Shown here piece by piece: positions 13,116-27,250 of a stretch of 58,569 bases of DNA. Where the stretch lies: contig NC_069002.1 in the NCBI RefSeq assembly GCF_001194135.2, positions 6,069,769-6,128,337 of the forward strand. Reading direction: 5' to 3'. Every line of letters starts with the position of its first letter. Position 1 is the first letter of the stretch. The stretch is from Octopus bimaculoides. Taxonomy: Eukaryota. Both the position numbers and the translations under genes were made by a program. The notes under the pieces were generated by a model. That model ran no database searches, was not told the origin of the DNA, and saw only the letters and a program-made list of their open reading frames with translations.

Positions 13116-13710
13116 CATGTGACTGACCAGACTATCAGATGCTGTTGCATATCACTTGTCACAATGTACTTTGAATCATTTTAGCTTTCAAATGATGTCA
13201 ATCTGCTGGTCAGGCGAAGCAGGCCAGCATCCCTCCTGATCAGAAGGCTCGTCTGTCAAAGGGTTAGCCGTTTATAGCTGAATGAGTTGGAGCAACGTGA
13301 AATGAAGAGAGAGAGAGTGTGTGTGTGTGTGTGTGTGCATGTATTGTTTGGCAAGAATCTAAAAATTTAAAATGATTTAAACACTAAAAATTCATCCATA
13401 CTAGAAAATGATTTATGAATAATTAAGTGTATGTAATAAAAATCACCATATACATAAGTCGATCTATAGGTTCTTAATATACAATAAAGAATCCAGATTT
13501 TACAAATAAAAATTAATAAGTGAATAATTTCAGAATTAAGCCTCAAGCATTGTAGTTTATATAACATATGGAACAGACTTGAATGGCAAAAGACAGCGTT
13601 GTTTATATGAAGATAATGTAAGCATGAAGTCAAGTGAAATAATTAGCTTTGCAAAATATTAGTTCGATAAAGAATGGCTCATACTGATAAAAGAGTCTTG
13701 AAGAAATTAC

Positions 13711-13722
13711 CAATTGTTTCGA
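13711..13722 (-). CDS. Candidate 12-nt microexon (I)ETI(A), phase 1-1
   Basis: tcttcttaccttgattttag|TCGAAACAATTG|gtaatt. Frame-preserving, no stop. Confidence 0.4.
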
Positions 13723-14311
13723 CTAAAATCAAGGTAAGAAGATTTATAACGGAATCTTAATATCATTTTAGATAAGTCTTTGTGAAATTGTGAAATTTAA
13801 TCTACTGCTTTCTTGGAAACAAATATTATGAATAATAATAACTACATTAAAATCTTAACTTTTCGCAAAGTGTTGATAGAATATAGAATATATAAAATGC
13901 AAATAGCAGTTCTGTTTATGGTTGAATAAATATCTTGAAATCAAATAGATTAATTACAAAAGAGAGGAATTTTCTTGGTGGAGAATGGTAGTTCAGTTGT
14001 GCTAAAATCTAAAATTAATTTTCCTGAAAATAATATTTCTTTGAAGATATTTTTCACTAAATAAGATTAATTCTGTTCTTCTGTTTTTTCTTTCTATTTT
14101 TCTTTTTTTTTTTGTTATTTAAATTATTCAAACAGATTTTTATTTTTATTTTTATTTTCAAATTGTAATTTTCTAAAACTTTTAAAAAGAATCCTTTACA
14201 GAATAATTCAAGAACAAAATAAAATAAAATAAAATAAAATAGATAAATAAATAGATATACAAATAAACAAAACTGTTGTATAATCACTATATCTTTCCTC
14301 ACCAGTAATTA

Positions 14312-14375
<64 letters not shown>

Positions 14376-14889
14376 TAAAAAAAAAAAAAGGAAAATGGAA
14401 TTTTGGAAATAATCCATCAAAACAAAAACTGAAATGACGGTTTAATCAATGAAATAATAATAATAATAATTATTATAATGATAATGAAAGACAAGAGAAA
14501 CCACAAAGAGTTACTAGAGGAGAATATCATAATCAGAGTGTTATACTTGTGTATTGCATGCAGATATTGAGGTGAACACAAGAGTCACACAGGACCTAAG
14601 TGGAAGATGCATGAAACTACTTTGTGAAGTGTGAAAATAGTGTTTTAGATTTTTATAAAGATTTTCTGTAACAAGATACTTCGAATAGTTACAGCGATGA
14701 CGTAATGACTGTCATCGGTATTCGGTATTGGAATAGGTCGATAGGTTGGACAGGTTTTCAAATTTTGATATTCCCTGAATCCCTTAGTTCCCTTCCGGAG
14801 CTAGAGGTTTGTGCATGTATGTGTGTGTGTGTGTGTGTGTGTGTATCTATGTATGTATGTACATTTATATACATATATATATATGTGTG

Positions 14890-14920
<31 letters not shown>

Positions 14921-14934
14921 ATATACCTATATAC

Positions 14935-14965
<31 letters not shown>

Positions 14966-14988
14966 TAGATAGATATACATACGTGTGT

Positions 14989-15033
<45 letters not shown>

Positions 15034-16055
15034 CATACATATACGTGTGTATACATATACATAACTGTGTATACATATATATAACTCACCACCCCCACCC
15101 TGTCCACCTCCCTCTATCTTCTCTCATACTTTTCTACATACCTTAGTAATCTCCTTCTGCCACTGAACTAGACATTTCACCTCCCTCAAATAATTCCCTA
15201 TCATTTTCTCACAATCTCGACTGCCAATGATTCTATAGCTATTACCCCTAAACTTTGACACCAATACACAAACCCCAAAAAACTTACAACCCTTCAATTA
15301 CTATCTATCCTACTCCTTTCATTCATCTCCCAACTTTCTACCTCTACTATCACCTCCATTAATACCCTCATAATCAACCCCACTGCCCTCTTAATGAATT
15401 AGCTCCCTTATCTCTTCGCACCATTTCTTGTCGTAACAATCCCCATAAGCCTACTGATCCTCCTACTTCCTTACTCTAATACCCCTAGCTCTCCACATTT
15501 AATCATTCCATCTTTGAACTTCTCTGCCTTAAGATCTGAAATGTAAGACGTTCTCTACCCTGATGACAGAGGCTCATCTTATTCAATGCTGACTGCTTCG
15601 ATTACAGCCGCATATTGTGACAAACTACATATACCAGCATTACGATGGATCTCTGAGCCCCCAGAAGCAGCTGTTGGACTTGTAACACCTTTCTTCTACC
15701 CCTTTAATTGTCCATCATTTGTACTCTGTGTAAGATGAACCTATTAATATAAATATCTATATATTTATACTTAGAAATTCATCTGAAAGTCTCCACCTTT
15801 GGCTTCCTTTTGTTTTGCATGTATACATTTATACATATTTTGTATTTCATACCCAAACTGTTATATACAATATATCTAATTTGTTTATCCACATAATTTC
15901 CTCTATATCCACTCACTTTGATCTATCTTATAGCCATTCTTTGGCTATAAGAGGAATTGATCCTCTGTAAAGAGATCGGAATTTAAGTGTGGATCACTTG
16001 AGCACTGCTGTCTTCTACACTGAGAATCTCCGCATTCCATCTGTGTACTATAAAT

Positions 16056-16094
<39 letters not shown>

Positions 16095-16242
16095 CATATA
16101 CACATACATATATACATACATATACACAAACATATATATATATATATATGCATACATACTCATATATACATACATACATATATATACATACATACATATA
16201 TATATATACATACATACATATATATATATACATACATACATA

Positions 16243-16283
<41 letters not shown>

Positions 16284-17246
16284 ACATACATATATATATA
16301 TACATACATACATACATATATATATATACATANNNNNNNNNNNNNNNNNNNNNNNNNNNNNNNNNNNNNNNNNNNNNNNNNNNNNNNNNNNNNNNNNNNN
16401 NNNNNNNNNNNNNNNNNNNNNNNNNNNNNNNNNNNNNNNNNNNNNNNNNNNNNNNNNNNNNNNNNNNNNNNNNNNNNNNNNNNNNNNNNNNNNNNNNNNN
16501 NNNNNNNNNNNNNNNNNNNNNNNNNNNNNNNNNNNNNNNNNNNNNNNNNNNNNNNNNNNNNNNNNNNNNNNNNNNNNNNNNNNNNNNNNNNNNNNNNNNN
16601 NNNNNNNNNNNNNNNNNNNNNNNNNNNNNNNNNNNNNNNNNNNNNNNNNNNNNNNNNNNNNNNNNNNNNNNNNNNNNNNNNNNNNNNNNNNNNNNNNNNN
16701 NNNNNNNNNNNNNNNNNNNNNNNNNNNNNNNNNNNNNNNNNNNNNNNNNNNNNNNNNNNNNNNNNNNNNNNNNNNNNNNNNNNNNNNNNNNNNNNNNNNN
16801 NNNNNNNNNNNNNNNNNNNNNNNNNNNNNNNNNNNNNNNNNNNNNNNNNNNNNNNNNNNNNNNNNNNNNNNNNNNNNNNNNNNNNNNNNNNNNNNNNNNN
16901 NNNNNNNNNNNNNNNNNNNNNNNNNNNNNNNNNNNNNNNNNNNNNNNNNNNNNNNNNNNNNNNNNNNNNNNNNNNNNNNNNNNNNNNNNNNNNNNNNNNN
17001 NNNNNNNNNNNNNNNNNNNNNNNNNNNNNNNNNNNNNNNNNNNNNNNCATATATATATATATATACATACATATATATATATATATACATACATACATAT
17101 ATATATATACATACATACATATATATACATACATACATACATATATATACATACATACATATATATATATACATACATACATATATATATATACATACAT
17201 ACATATATATATATACATACATACATATATATACATACATACATAC

Positions 17247-17277
<31 letters not shown>

Positions 17278-17368
17278 AAGACACATATACCTATGTATAC
17301 CCACCCACACACACACACATATATGCAGGAAGAAATTTTTTTAACAGGAAATTAAAAAAGTTTAAAAG

Positions 17369-17412
<44 letters not shown>

Positions 17413-17859
17413 TTCAAGCAACATGTGCAGAAGAAAACATGCAAACAAAGAAAAACACATTAAAATTTTTAACATAATCTCAATTAGAGTTATTGATCAC
17501 AATACAATCAAGAAAATAGCATGTTGCTTTTGTGGTGATGTGCCAAGTTACTATAAACTGGTGTATCAAAATACATGGTCGAATACTAATTTAGTTCTCA
17601 TCACAATAAAATAAACATATAAATACATATAAAAATACAAAAAATAATAAAAAATAATAATAAAAAATAAACAAGTGATTAAAATCTTGAAACTACTGAT
17701 GAACATTTCAATGAAAGGTTTAAGCTTAAAGAAAGAACTGTGATTTGGTATTGAAATTTTAAGTTCGAGAAAAAATTTTTTCCTTTTCTGGAATAAAATA
17801 ATGCTCCGAAAGAATACCAAAAGAACTATATACTATAATTATTCCAGGTAGTCAGTTAC

Positions 17860-17887
17860 CGCAGACTGAACATAGAATAATGTTCAT
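17860..17887 (-). CDS. Candidate 28-nt exon (N/D)EHYSMFSL(R), phase 1-2
   Basis: tttttttttttattattcttccag|ATGAACATTATTCTATGTTCAGTCTGCG|gtaact. Strong acceptor; same phase pair as the 280-nt exon. Confidence 0.45.
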
Positions 17888-18177
17888 CTGGAAGAATAAT
17901 AAAAAAAAAAATTTAAAAAAAAAACCTGTGCAATGAAAAATACTTGAATTTTAATTAAATTTTAGTATGATATACTAGAATTATTAAAAACATGTGTGTG
18001 CACATGTATATGAATATATATACATACACACACACACATATATACGTAAATATACATAAATATATATTTACACATATTTATGTTTATAGATATATATATA
18101 TAAATAAATATAAATATATGCATGTGTGTAGGAGTGTGTGTGTGTGTGTGTGTATATATGGATAAATATATATAAAC

Positions 18178-18211
<34 letters not shown>

Positions 18212-18221
18212 NNNNNNNNNN

Positions 18222-18265
<44 letters not shown>

Positions 18266-18415
18266 TGTGCTAGTAAAGTTTTGTTTGTTTATTCTTGGTT
18301 ATATAGGCTTTTATTGTCTTTTATTTTTTGTTTTAAACAGAGAGATAAAAACATATTACAAATGGAACACCACTGCCAAATAAATGAAGCCGTCATAATT
18401 TCAACCCAGACAGAA

Positions 18416-18453
<38 letters not shown>

Positions 18454-18838
18454 TGGTGATAATAATCACTGATCGTTAACTAGTTTCTCCAATGGAAACT
18501 TTGTAGGTGAAATGCCTATGATTTTCATGAAACACTAATTACATAGTTGTTAGCATCTCTTTTTAAAGGGCTGTACCTATGTAACTCTAATTTCGTTTAC
18601 ATACATACATACATACATACAAAAAATAAAATCAACCAACTGATTTTAACATTACAAATACAATCTGTAAGCAGAACAGTAAAACTCTGCAAGACTTTTC
18701 AAAGGTTTAAAATGTGACATTGTTTTCGTTATCTACATATGTATATATGTTCATATATATAAATATATACATACATACATATATATTCATATATATAAAT
18801 ATGCACATAGTTATTCATATATATAAATACATACATAT

Positions 18839-18872
<34 letters not shown>

Positions 18873-19197
18873 ATGATATATCAATGCTTGTTTATATATA
18901 TATATATATATATATATACATACTTGATATGAACTTCAACAAGTAATAATGCCGTGTTCAGCTAAGAGAAAGTGTATGTATACATATATCTATATATACA
19001 CACATACACACACACTCATATTCAAGTATGTGTTATGGTGATAATAGCTTCCTTTCAACTAAAACCAGAGCTTCCTTCATGAAAGGAAGTGGTGCACACA
19101 ACACAACACAAATCCCAGTACCTCACTGGCACTTATTTCCAAAATAAAGAGCTCACTGCCAATAGCCATTAGGAAATCTTGGACCATCTCTCAACTA

Positions 19198-19744
19198 TCT
19201 CAGATAATCAAAAAGAAAATCGAAGACATTTTTTGGTTTTGTTATTTTTCGCTTTCCACCGGCTTGGAATACATATTTTATAAACCCGAGATACAACTAG
19301 TGTGCTTCCTTTAAATTGTGTAATTGCAGAGTATTGTCACACACCAACTTCTCTCACCTACTGTTTCTTCGACTGGCAAACCTCGAGAGGAAGAAGTTGT
19401 TGTTGTTGTTGTTGAGCATAAACATTTCATTCTCGTGATAATCAAATTGCAAAATTTTATTTTTGATAAATCCGACACTACTCTAAATGTGCAATGAGAC
19501 TTCGGTGTGTGTCTGTTCGACGTAAAATGTAGTCAAAACCATTATCAGTTACCATTCACGATCATGATTAAAAAGAACACACACACACATTTACATACAT
19601 ACACACTCATCTATATATATATATATCTATCTATATATATATACATACATATGTATGCATGTATATATTTATATCTATATATATGCATACACACACAGAT
19701 ATATATTTACATAGATACACACCCATATATAAGTATATATATAC

Positions 19745-19803
<59 letters not shown>

Positions 19804-19813
19804 NNNNNNNNNN

Positions 19814-19858
<45 letters not shown>

Positions 19859-20627
19859 AGAGAGATAGAGATACATACACACAAGGAAAAAAATTTATTC
19901 TTGCTCGATATCAAAAGCACGCTTCTACATTACTGCGAGACTTTTTTTTAGAGATGTTAAAATAACTATATTTTTGAAGCTTAGCTACACAATTTGCTTC
20001 AACTTGGTTATTTCCACTACATTTTCTTTTCACATTTATCTGCTAAAATACTAAAAATGTTCAACAACTACAACAAAAAAAAACATCATATATATATATA
20101 TATATATACATACACTCTATTTCTTTTCCATTTTTTTTTTACATAATAAAACAAAAACCAAATGCAACACTCTCACATCATCTTTGCTGTCATGGTAGCA
20201 ATCTATGCAACATTTTGTTTCACTCTGATAGCAAAATATTGATCTCTTAAAATATATACACCATCATTATCATCATTGTCATCAACAACAACAACAACAA
20301 CATCACTTTAATGCACATTCTGGCATGTTAGCATGGGTGCAATTCTGCCCAGGTGGTAGGAATCTTGTTGCGCAATTCAAAAGGTTTGGGGCCCAACTCA
20401 GAATCCAGGGGCATAGTTAGGAGTTGGTTTACTTTTATTTCAAACCCTATCAGTCATGAAAAGCCCCTAAGAATAATAAAATTAAGAAAAAAATTACATG
20501 TGCCCCCCCCCACACCTCCTCTTTCTAAATAGAGATAAAATGAAATCTTAAAATATCTGCCATATTGTGTATGTATGTATGTGTGCATACATGCATACAT
20601 ACATATATATATATATACATCCATATA

Positions 20628-20658
<31 letters not shown>

Positions 20659-20744
20659 GCTTACAAATACATATACAAATATATGTGTATTTAATATATG
20701 TATACACATATATACACACACACTCATACCTTTAGAGTGATATA

Positions 20745-20787
<43 letters not shown>

Positions 20788-20895
20788 GCTTACAAATACA
20801 TATACAAATATATGTGTATTTAATATATGTATACACATATATACACACACACTCATACCTTTAGAGTGATATATACATACATATATACATATATA

Positions 20896-20936
<41 letters not shown>

Positions 20937-21452
20937 CACACACATACATGCAAATAAATACATATATATATATATATATACATACACAGACACACGTACC
21001 AACACTCATACATTTAGAATAATATACACACACACATACTCATCTATAGCGTTCTTTTTAGTCACGATCATGAATGGCAACAGATAATGGTTTTGAATAC
21101 ATTTTATGTCGAACAGACACACACCGAAGTCTCATTGCACATTTAGAGTAGTGGCAGGCTTTATCAAAAATAAAATTTTGCAATTTGATTATCACGAGAA
21201 TGAAATGTTTATGCACAACAACAACAACAACAACAACAAACAAACAACGTGTAGTACTGTTTCTTGTCGACGTTTGCCAACTTAAGAAACAGTAGGTGAT
21301 GTTGGAGAGTGACAATATCGCTCGTTTACACATTCCATAGGAAAGAAACACACTATTGTCATCTTGGGCTTTATGGAACATGTATTGCGAGTGGAAATCC
21401 AAATCGGCAGCAAAAAACTAATTATCTTTGGTTTTCTTTTAATTATCTGAGA
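19198..21452. repeat. Inverted pair of a repeat of about 390 bp (19198-19578 and 21051-21452) flanking about 1.5 kb
   Basis: The reverse complement of the right copy aligns with the left; the inner ~180 bp is very similar, the outer part more diverged. Confidence 0.85.
20640..20900. repeat. Tandem duplication of a compound microsatellite unit of about 125 bp
   Basis: GCTTACAAATACATATACAAAT...CTCATACCTTTAGAGTGAT occurs twice, with a diverged third copy to about 21030. Confidence 0.8.
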
Positions 21453-21644
21453 CAGTAAGGTAGAATTATTTGCATGCCAGGTGAAATGCATGGTGACATT
21501 TCATTTGTCTGTGTGTTCTGAGTTCAAATTCTGCCAAGGTTGACTTTGCCTTCCATCCTTTCAGCGTCGATAGAATAAGCACAGGAGGGGGTAACATAAT
21601 TGAAATTGCTGGCCTTGTGTCAATATCAGAAACCATTATTATTA

Positions 21645-21828
21645 TCATTATTTACATTATTTGCATTTGATGAATATTTGTCCTCATCTTGTTTATTGTT
21701 AACACAATGTTTTGGCTGATATACTCTCCAGCCTTCATCAGGTGTCTTGGGGATATTTTGAACCTGGATTCTCATTCCTAAGGTATCTTTCGATGATGAT
21801 ATAATTATTATTATTATTCAGGTCACTT
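21645..21828 (-). mobile_element. 5'-truncated copy of the hammerhead-bearing SINE-like family
   Basis: Aligns by eye with 50473-50645. Confidence 0.75.
21701..21746 (-). ncRNA. Decayed minimal hammerhead, third copy
   Basis: Minus strand GACAC-CUGAUGA-A-GGCUG-gagaguauau-CAGCC-AAAA-CA-UU-GUGUU; both differences from the inferred consensus are CG-to-CA. Confidence 0.55.
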
Positions 21829-23380
21829 TTCCATACTTGCATGAGTCGGACATAATTTATTGGGGCAAATATTCTATGGCTGGATGACCTTCACCTGTTT
21901 CCCAGCAAGGTAATATTTCCCCATGGCTGGACATGCTTTCACAGAAAATTAGAAATGAATGACACCATTTGTATGATGGTTACACTTATTTACAACTATT
22001 GCATGGTATCAAAACAAGGTGACACTAATACAAACAGATATAAATGCATATGTATGATGAGCTTCCTTCAGTTTCTTTTTACCGAATTCGCTCACAAGGC
22101 TTTGGTTGGCCCAGAGCTATAGCAGAAGACACTTGCCCAAGGTGACATACAGTGCAACTGAACCTAGAACCATATAGCCGAGAAGCAAACTTCTCAACCA
22201 CAGAGCCATGCCTGTACCTATAGCCATGTCTGGACTTAAAATGAATTATAAAAACATAATATGTGTTAAATAATAGAATAGATAAGTGGCATTGGTTTAT
22301 ATAAAGAAGCATGGAAAGAGTAACACTGATGGCAGAAATAAGTATAATTAGATGAGAGAAGGAGAGAGAGAGAGTGACAAAGGCATCAAAGTGTAGTTAT
22401 TTAAAATGGTTTTTAAATAACAAAATAAAAATTTTTTTTTATTAAAGAATTAAAGAGATAACAAAGCAAAAGATACAGGGTAAAATTCCAATAATTGATA
22501 AATTGGTAGCATAGATTCAGAGATTCTCATGTAAGTAAATATGTTATTCCAGTAATATTTATTTATTTATTTCCTTATTGCCCCCAGGGAGATAAACATA
22601 GAGGGGACAAATAAAGACAGACAAAGGGATTAAATCGATTACATCGACCCCAGTGCGTAACTGGTACTTATTTAATCGAGGATGAAAGAGGATGAAAGGC
22701 AGAATTTTAACTCAGAACGCAAAGACAGACGAAATACCGCTAAGCATTTCGTAATATTGTTAGAGTGTCACAGAACCAACAATGGAATGAGAAGGATTGC
22801 AATAAATGACAAATATGGAGGGTAAGATGTCTCCTGGAAAAAAAAAGGGCCAAGGAAAAAAACTGGGAATGAAATGTGGCATTCAAGGTGGATCATAAAT
22901 GCCAAATTTTTATGTCCACAATACTTTTTGAGTTTACAGCAGTTCAGACTTCTCTAAGCAAGACGGATCCAACAAAGAAAAAAAGGGCCATGTGACTTGA
23001 CCTTTTATATATAGAGATTACTAATATTGTTCTTTCTTCATGGAATACTTATTTCTAGTTAGATTTTTCAATGTTTCCTGTATCAAATATATTAACTAAC
23101 TACTGCATATTCATTGGCTAAAACAAGAATTATTAAATTTATATTTATGTGATTGCGAATGGGAAGGACATACAACAGAAAAAAAAAAAGAAAAATGTAG
23201 AAAGTATAAAAAAAAATACCAAAGCACAACAAAGATGACCAGCTTTCTTTGTTGCTGTGAGATGGTGAAGGATTGTGATAAGATCCTTCATCATCTTGTT
23301 GTGGTGACAGTTATTAAGGATAAAATGCTGTAAGACCTGTCCAACCCATGCCAGCATAGAAAACAAAAACCAGACGTACG

Positions 23381-23412
<32 letters not shown>

Positions 23413-23931
23413 GGTGATGATGTCTGAAATTTAAATTATCAGTTCTGTCTATGAAGAGACACTATTATGTTTTTGTAGCTAATCATTTCAGCTTTAGTTT
23501 CTGGTTTTCCAGTTTTAATTCTCGTAAATAGTCTGTTCAAAGGATATTTGATAAATTACAGGTAACTGATCAGGTACATATGTAAACAGATCATTAAGTT
23601 TCTGTTTCAAGGTGTTCAGGTGTGGATCACCATTATAAGTACATTGATAATATAGTGATAGCAGTTCAAATTCATACAAAGTTTCAATTCACAATACTAT
23701 ACACAATTATTTATTATTGTGAATCAATAACTACTAACCGAATAGCTACATCCATTATTCTTTTACATAAGATTAAAGTTTCCATGGAAACAGTAAATAC
23801 TACTAATTGTTTATGGAAAATAATTAGCAAAAATATACAGACTAAGAAAACTCATTAAAGTTCTTGTGTATGTGTGAGAGGGAGAGAGAGAGAGATCATG
23901 TGAGAGAGTGAGAGAGAGAGAGAGACCATAC

Positions 23932-24004
23932 TTGCATTGTTACACACCTCTGATTTATAAGATCCTTGTTCAACAGGATCTAACGAATCAGAGGACAGCT
24001 TCAT
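23932..24004 (-). CDS. Candidate alternative first (or internal) exon MKLSSDSLDPVEQGSYKSEVCNNA, phase 1 end
   Basis: ATG at 24004, 24 open codons, then A|gtatgg donor. Would join in frame to the exon at 11809 (...CNNATGMSEDSDY). Confidence 0.3.
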
Positions 24005-24168
24005 GTGCCAACGTCTACTTTGAGAGAGAGCAGTGAGAGAATGGTGTGAATGATGAAGAAATAGGAGCCATACATTTATGTGAAGGTGTGTGTATGTATC
24101 AGAGAGAAAGAAACTAGAAAAATTGTCTGGGAAGAAACTCCAGAGTGTTGGGCCATTTGATCAGCCTA

Positions 24169-24220
<52 letters not shown>

Positions 24221-24516
24221 AAATCATGAGGTTGATCTCAATACCATTGGAAACAGAAGAAATATTTATTGAATGATACAGTTATGGAGACTCGCACACA
24301 GCACTTCAAGTTTCTGTATCATTTAATCATTCAAGATATTTATATATAGATGTATATATTGCTTGAATGATTGATAAACCGTAGAATAGATGAGAATGAA
24401 ATATGATAAAACAAAATAAGCTAGTCTATATTAATATTTCTAGATCATCTTAGTCAAAACAGACAAGCTGTTTGACTGAAAAACCAAAAAAGCGAGAAAC
24501 AGCCATTATAGCTTAC

Positions 24517-24531
24517 TTGTGTTCCACCATC
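24517..24531 (-). CDS. Candidate 15-nt microexon (R)WWNT(T), phase 1-1
   Basis: acatttgttcag|GATGGTGGAACACAA|gtaagc. Strong donor and frame-preserving, but other AGs lie just upstream of the acceptor. Confidence 0.35.
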
Positions 24532-25422
24532 CTGAACAAATGTAACTAACTTTGTCATTTAAAGAAAGGAATTCTTGAAAATGCTCTAGATATATATATA
24601 TCTAAGAATGGTGCACAGAACATGGAATAACACTTTTACTAACACACCTGAGACCACTCACTCTAAAGTGCTTGTGTTTGAATGGAAATCTTGACTTAAA
24701 ATCTTATGACATGAGATTAATATTAATATGAGATTTCAGTTAGTCAACACAAGTATATGCCAATACTTCAAGTTACAGACAGAGCAGTAAAGTCCTTTAA
24801 AATTGTTGATTATATTGAATAATAATTAGAACGCTTTGGAAGATAACTTGGTAGAAATATGATCACTATTGAGTTGATGATCAGTAAATAAATGTACACA
24901 TACATGCATGCATGTATGTACATATACACATGCACACACGTGTGTGTATACATATACTTTGCCTTTCATCCTTTCAGGATCGATAAAATAAGTACCAGTT
25001 GAACACTGGGGTTGATGTAATTGACTTATCCTTTCCCCCTAAATTCCTGCCCTTGTGGCAAAATTTGAAACCATAATTATTATTATTATTATTATTACTA
25101 TTATCATCATCATCATCACCATTATTTTTATTATTTATTATTATCATTATTAAGAAATATTACCTAAAAAAAAAATAAGCATTTAACAGCATGTCAGTAG
25201 TTTCAAGATTTTTTCTTTGCATTTTTTTTTTCTCGGGGGTAGGGACACAGGTTTGTAACAAATCATAGTTTAAAATTGTAGTGTGAAAAGACCTCATTGA
25301 ATGGACAGTTAAAGACAACAGGGTCACTTATTGATACACAAACATTACATTGGAGGATCACATATAGTCTGACAGGAATTGAGACAGTCGGTTGTGTGTA
25401 ATATCGACTCATGTTATCTTAC

Positions 25423-25536
25423 TTGGTAAAGGACGGCCAACTGTCTCCTTCGAACAGTTGAGTAGATTATCTTGGCCTAAATGTTCATCACTGTTAAGTG
25501 ATGAGTTTAGACTGTGACCAGCCATAAGTGGTGAAA
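25423..25536 (-). CDS. unc-13: unc-13 exon (114 nt, phase 1-1): SPLMAGHSLNSSLNSDEHLGQDNLLNCSKETVGRPLP
   Basis: tttgcttttccag|TT TCA...TTA CCA A|gtaaga. Open frame; RPLP recalls the KPLP preceding DSDY in vertebrate Munc13; end phase matches the exon starting at 11809. Confidence 0.7.
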
Positions 25537-26247
25537 CTGGAAAAGCAAACCTTCCACAGATCAATAATGTACAACTAAATTGTCTATTGGTGTTCAATCT
25601 ATAAACAGAATGTTTTAGAAAGCTTTCCCCCTCTGCTGTGACACAAAAAGTATCATGTAATTATATCATCTCCTATCAATAGGTTGTTGTTTATTTTCTT
25701 TTATTAACTATCCTAATTTATTTGATTTATAATTTAATAATTCTGAAATTTAAAAAAAAAAACAATTTCGTTATTTCAAAACTTTAAAAAATAAATTTTT
25801 CAAACACATTTTCAAGTTAAAAGCTTAAAATAACTAATTTATCTATTTACTCGTTTATGTTTTTATTTCTTACATTTGAAAATACATATAGATTGTATAT
25901 TTTATCTTTTTTTTTTTTAGTTTTTCTTTCAGAAAAATCATTTTTACAACTTTGAGAATATTCAATTTATTTCTTTGTTAAATTTATAAAGAANNNNNNN
26001 NNNNNNNNNNNNNNNNNNNNNNNNNNNNNNNNNNNNNNNNNNNNNNNNNNNNNNNNNNNNNNNNNNNNNNNNNNNNNNNNNNNNNNNNNNNNNNNNNNNN
26101 NNNNNNNNNNNNNNNNNNNNNNNNNNNNNNNNNNNNNNNNNNNNNNNNNNNNNNNNNNNNNNNNNNNNNNNNNNNNNNNNNNNNNNNNNNNNNNNNNNNN
26201 NNNNNNNNNNNNNNNNNNNNNNNNNNNNNNNNNNNNNNNNNNNNNNN

Positions 26248-26282
<35 letters not shown>

Positions 26283-27218
26283 TACAATTAAAAGATAAAT
26301 CTTGTGTTCCTTTTCTAAAAGACAATTAAACCACAGAAATGAAAGAAAGAAAAATATAGCAAAATGATTTTTTTTTTTTTTTTTCTGCTTTCGAAATGTT
26401 TGTAAACCAAAGAATGCATGTAGTCATAAACTACCAATAAATCGTGTCAAATAACTGATTCTGTGCACTCATCAAATGTCACACAGCGCTTAAACTACCA
26501 AATTTTCTAGCAAACAAGTCAAATTGTGTAGACCGAAATATATAGCCAAAAAAATAGTAGGTCAGTTTAAACACTAAGACAACTTTAGAAGACCAAAAGT
26601 TCCATTTGCAATGCAGCAAGCAGGATTTCAAATAATGGTGATAAAGTCTGAATGCTTACATAACATGTTTTACACTACATTAACTTGTATGCTGGAAAAT
26701 ATGGTAGAAATATGGATATGTTCCAGTAAATTCAAAACTGCAGTAAATTTGGTAAATTCAAACAAGCTTGAGTTTTAAATGCATATTAAAAGCATTACAT
26801 CACACGTAAGGCATGTGCTTAATTCAGCCAAATTTGAAAACAAAAATGATTTTCGCAAAGAATTTCTAAAACATGCAACAACACAATAAATGGCCAAGCT
26901 AGTTGGTTGTGTTAAAAACCAGAACTCAGGGATTCTGGTGGCAATATATGTGATACAGTGAAGTTTGAGTAGTTTGGATAAGTTTGTGTACCATGACAAG
27001 AAGAGGAATCTGTTATTTTAGGACAAATATTTTATATGACAGAGAAGTTCTTTTACAGAGCAAGGGTCAATCCACAAACATATGTATCCTCTTCTCCCCA
27101 GAACTCACAACCGTTTCCAAACCCATGAACTCCCTCTTATCAAGTGGTTATTTAAAATTATCTTCTAACAGTTATCAGGTGTTTATTAATGTTGAATATA
27201 TAAATATACATATTTACA

Positions 27219-27250
<32 letters not shown>

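Noticed and set aside
14302-14390. GTGAGG donor next to a poly(T) tract of over 60 nt (minus strand)
   Set aside because: No AG between the tract and the donor, so no exon can be defined.
15945-17318. Long ORFs of 370-457 aa, and similar YI/HT/CV-rich ORFs elsewhere
   Set aside because: Translations of (TA)n/(TACA)n/(CA)n microsatellites and N gaps.
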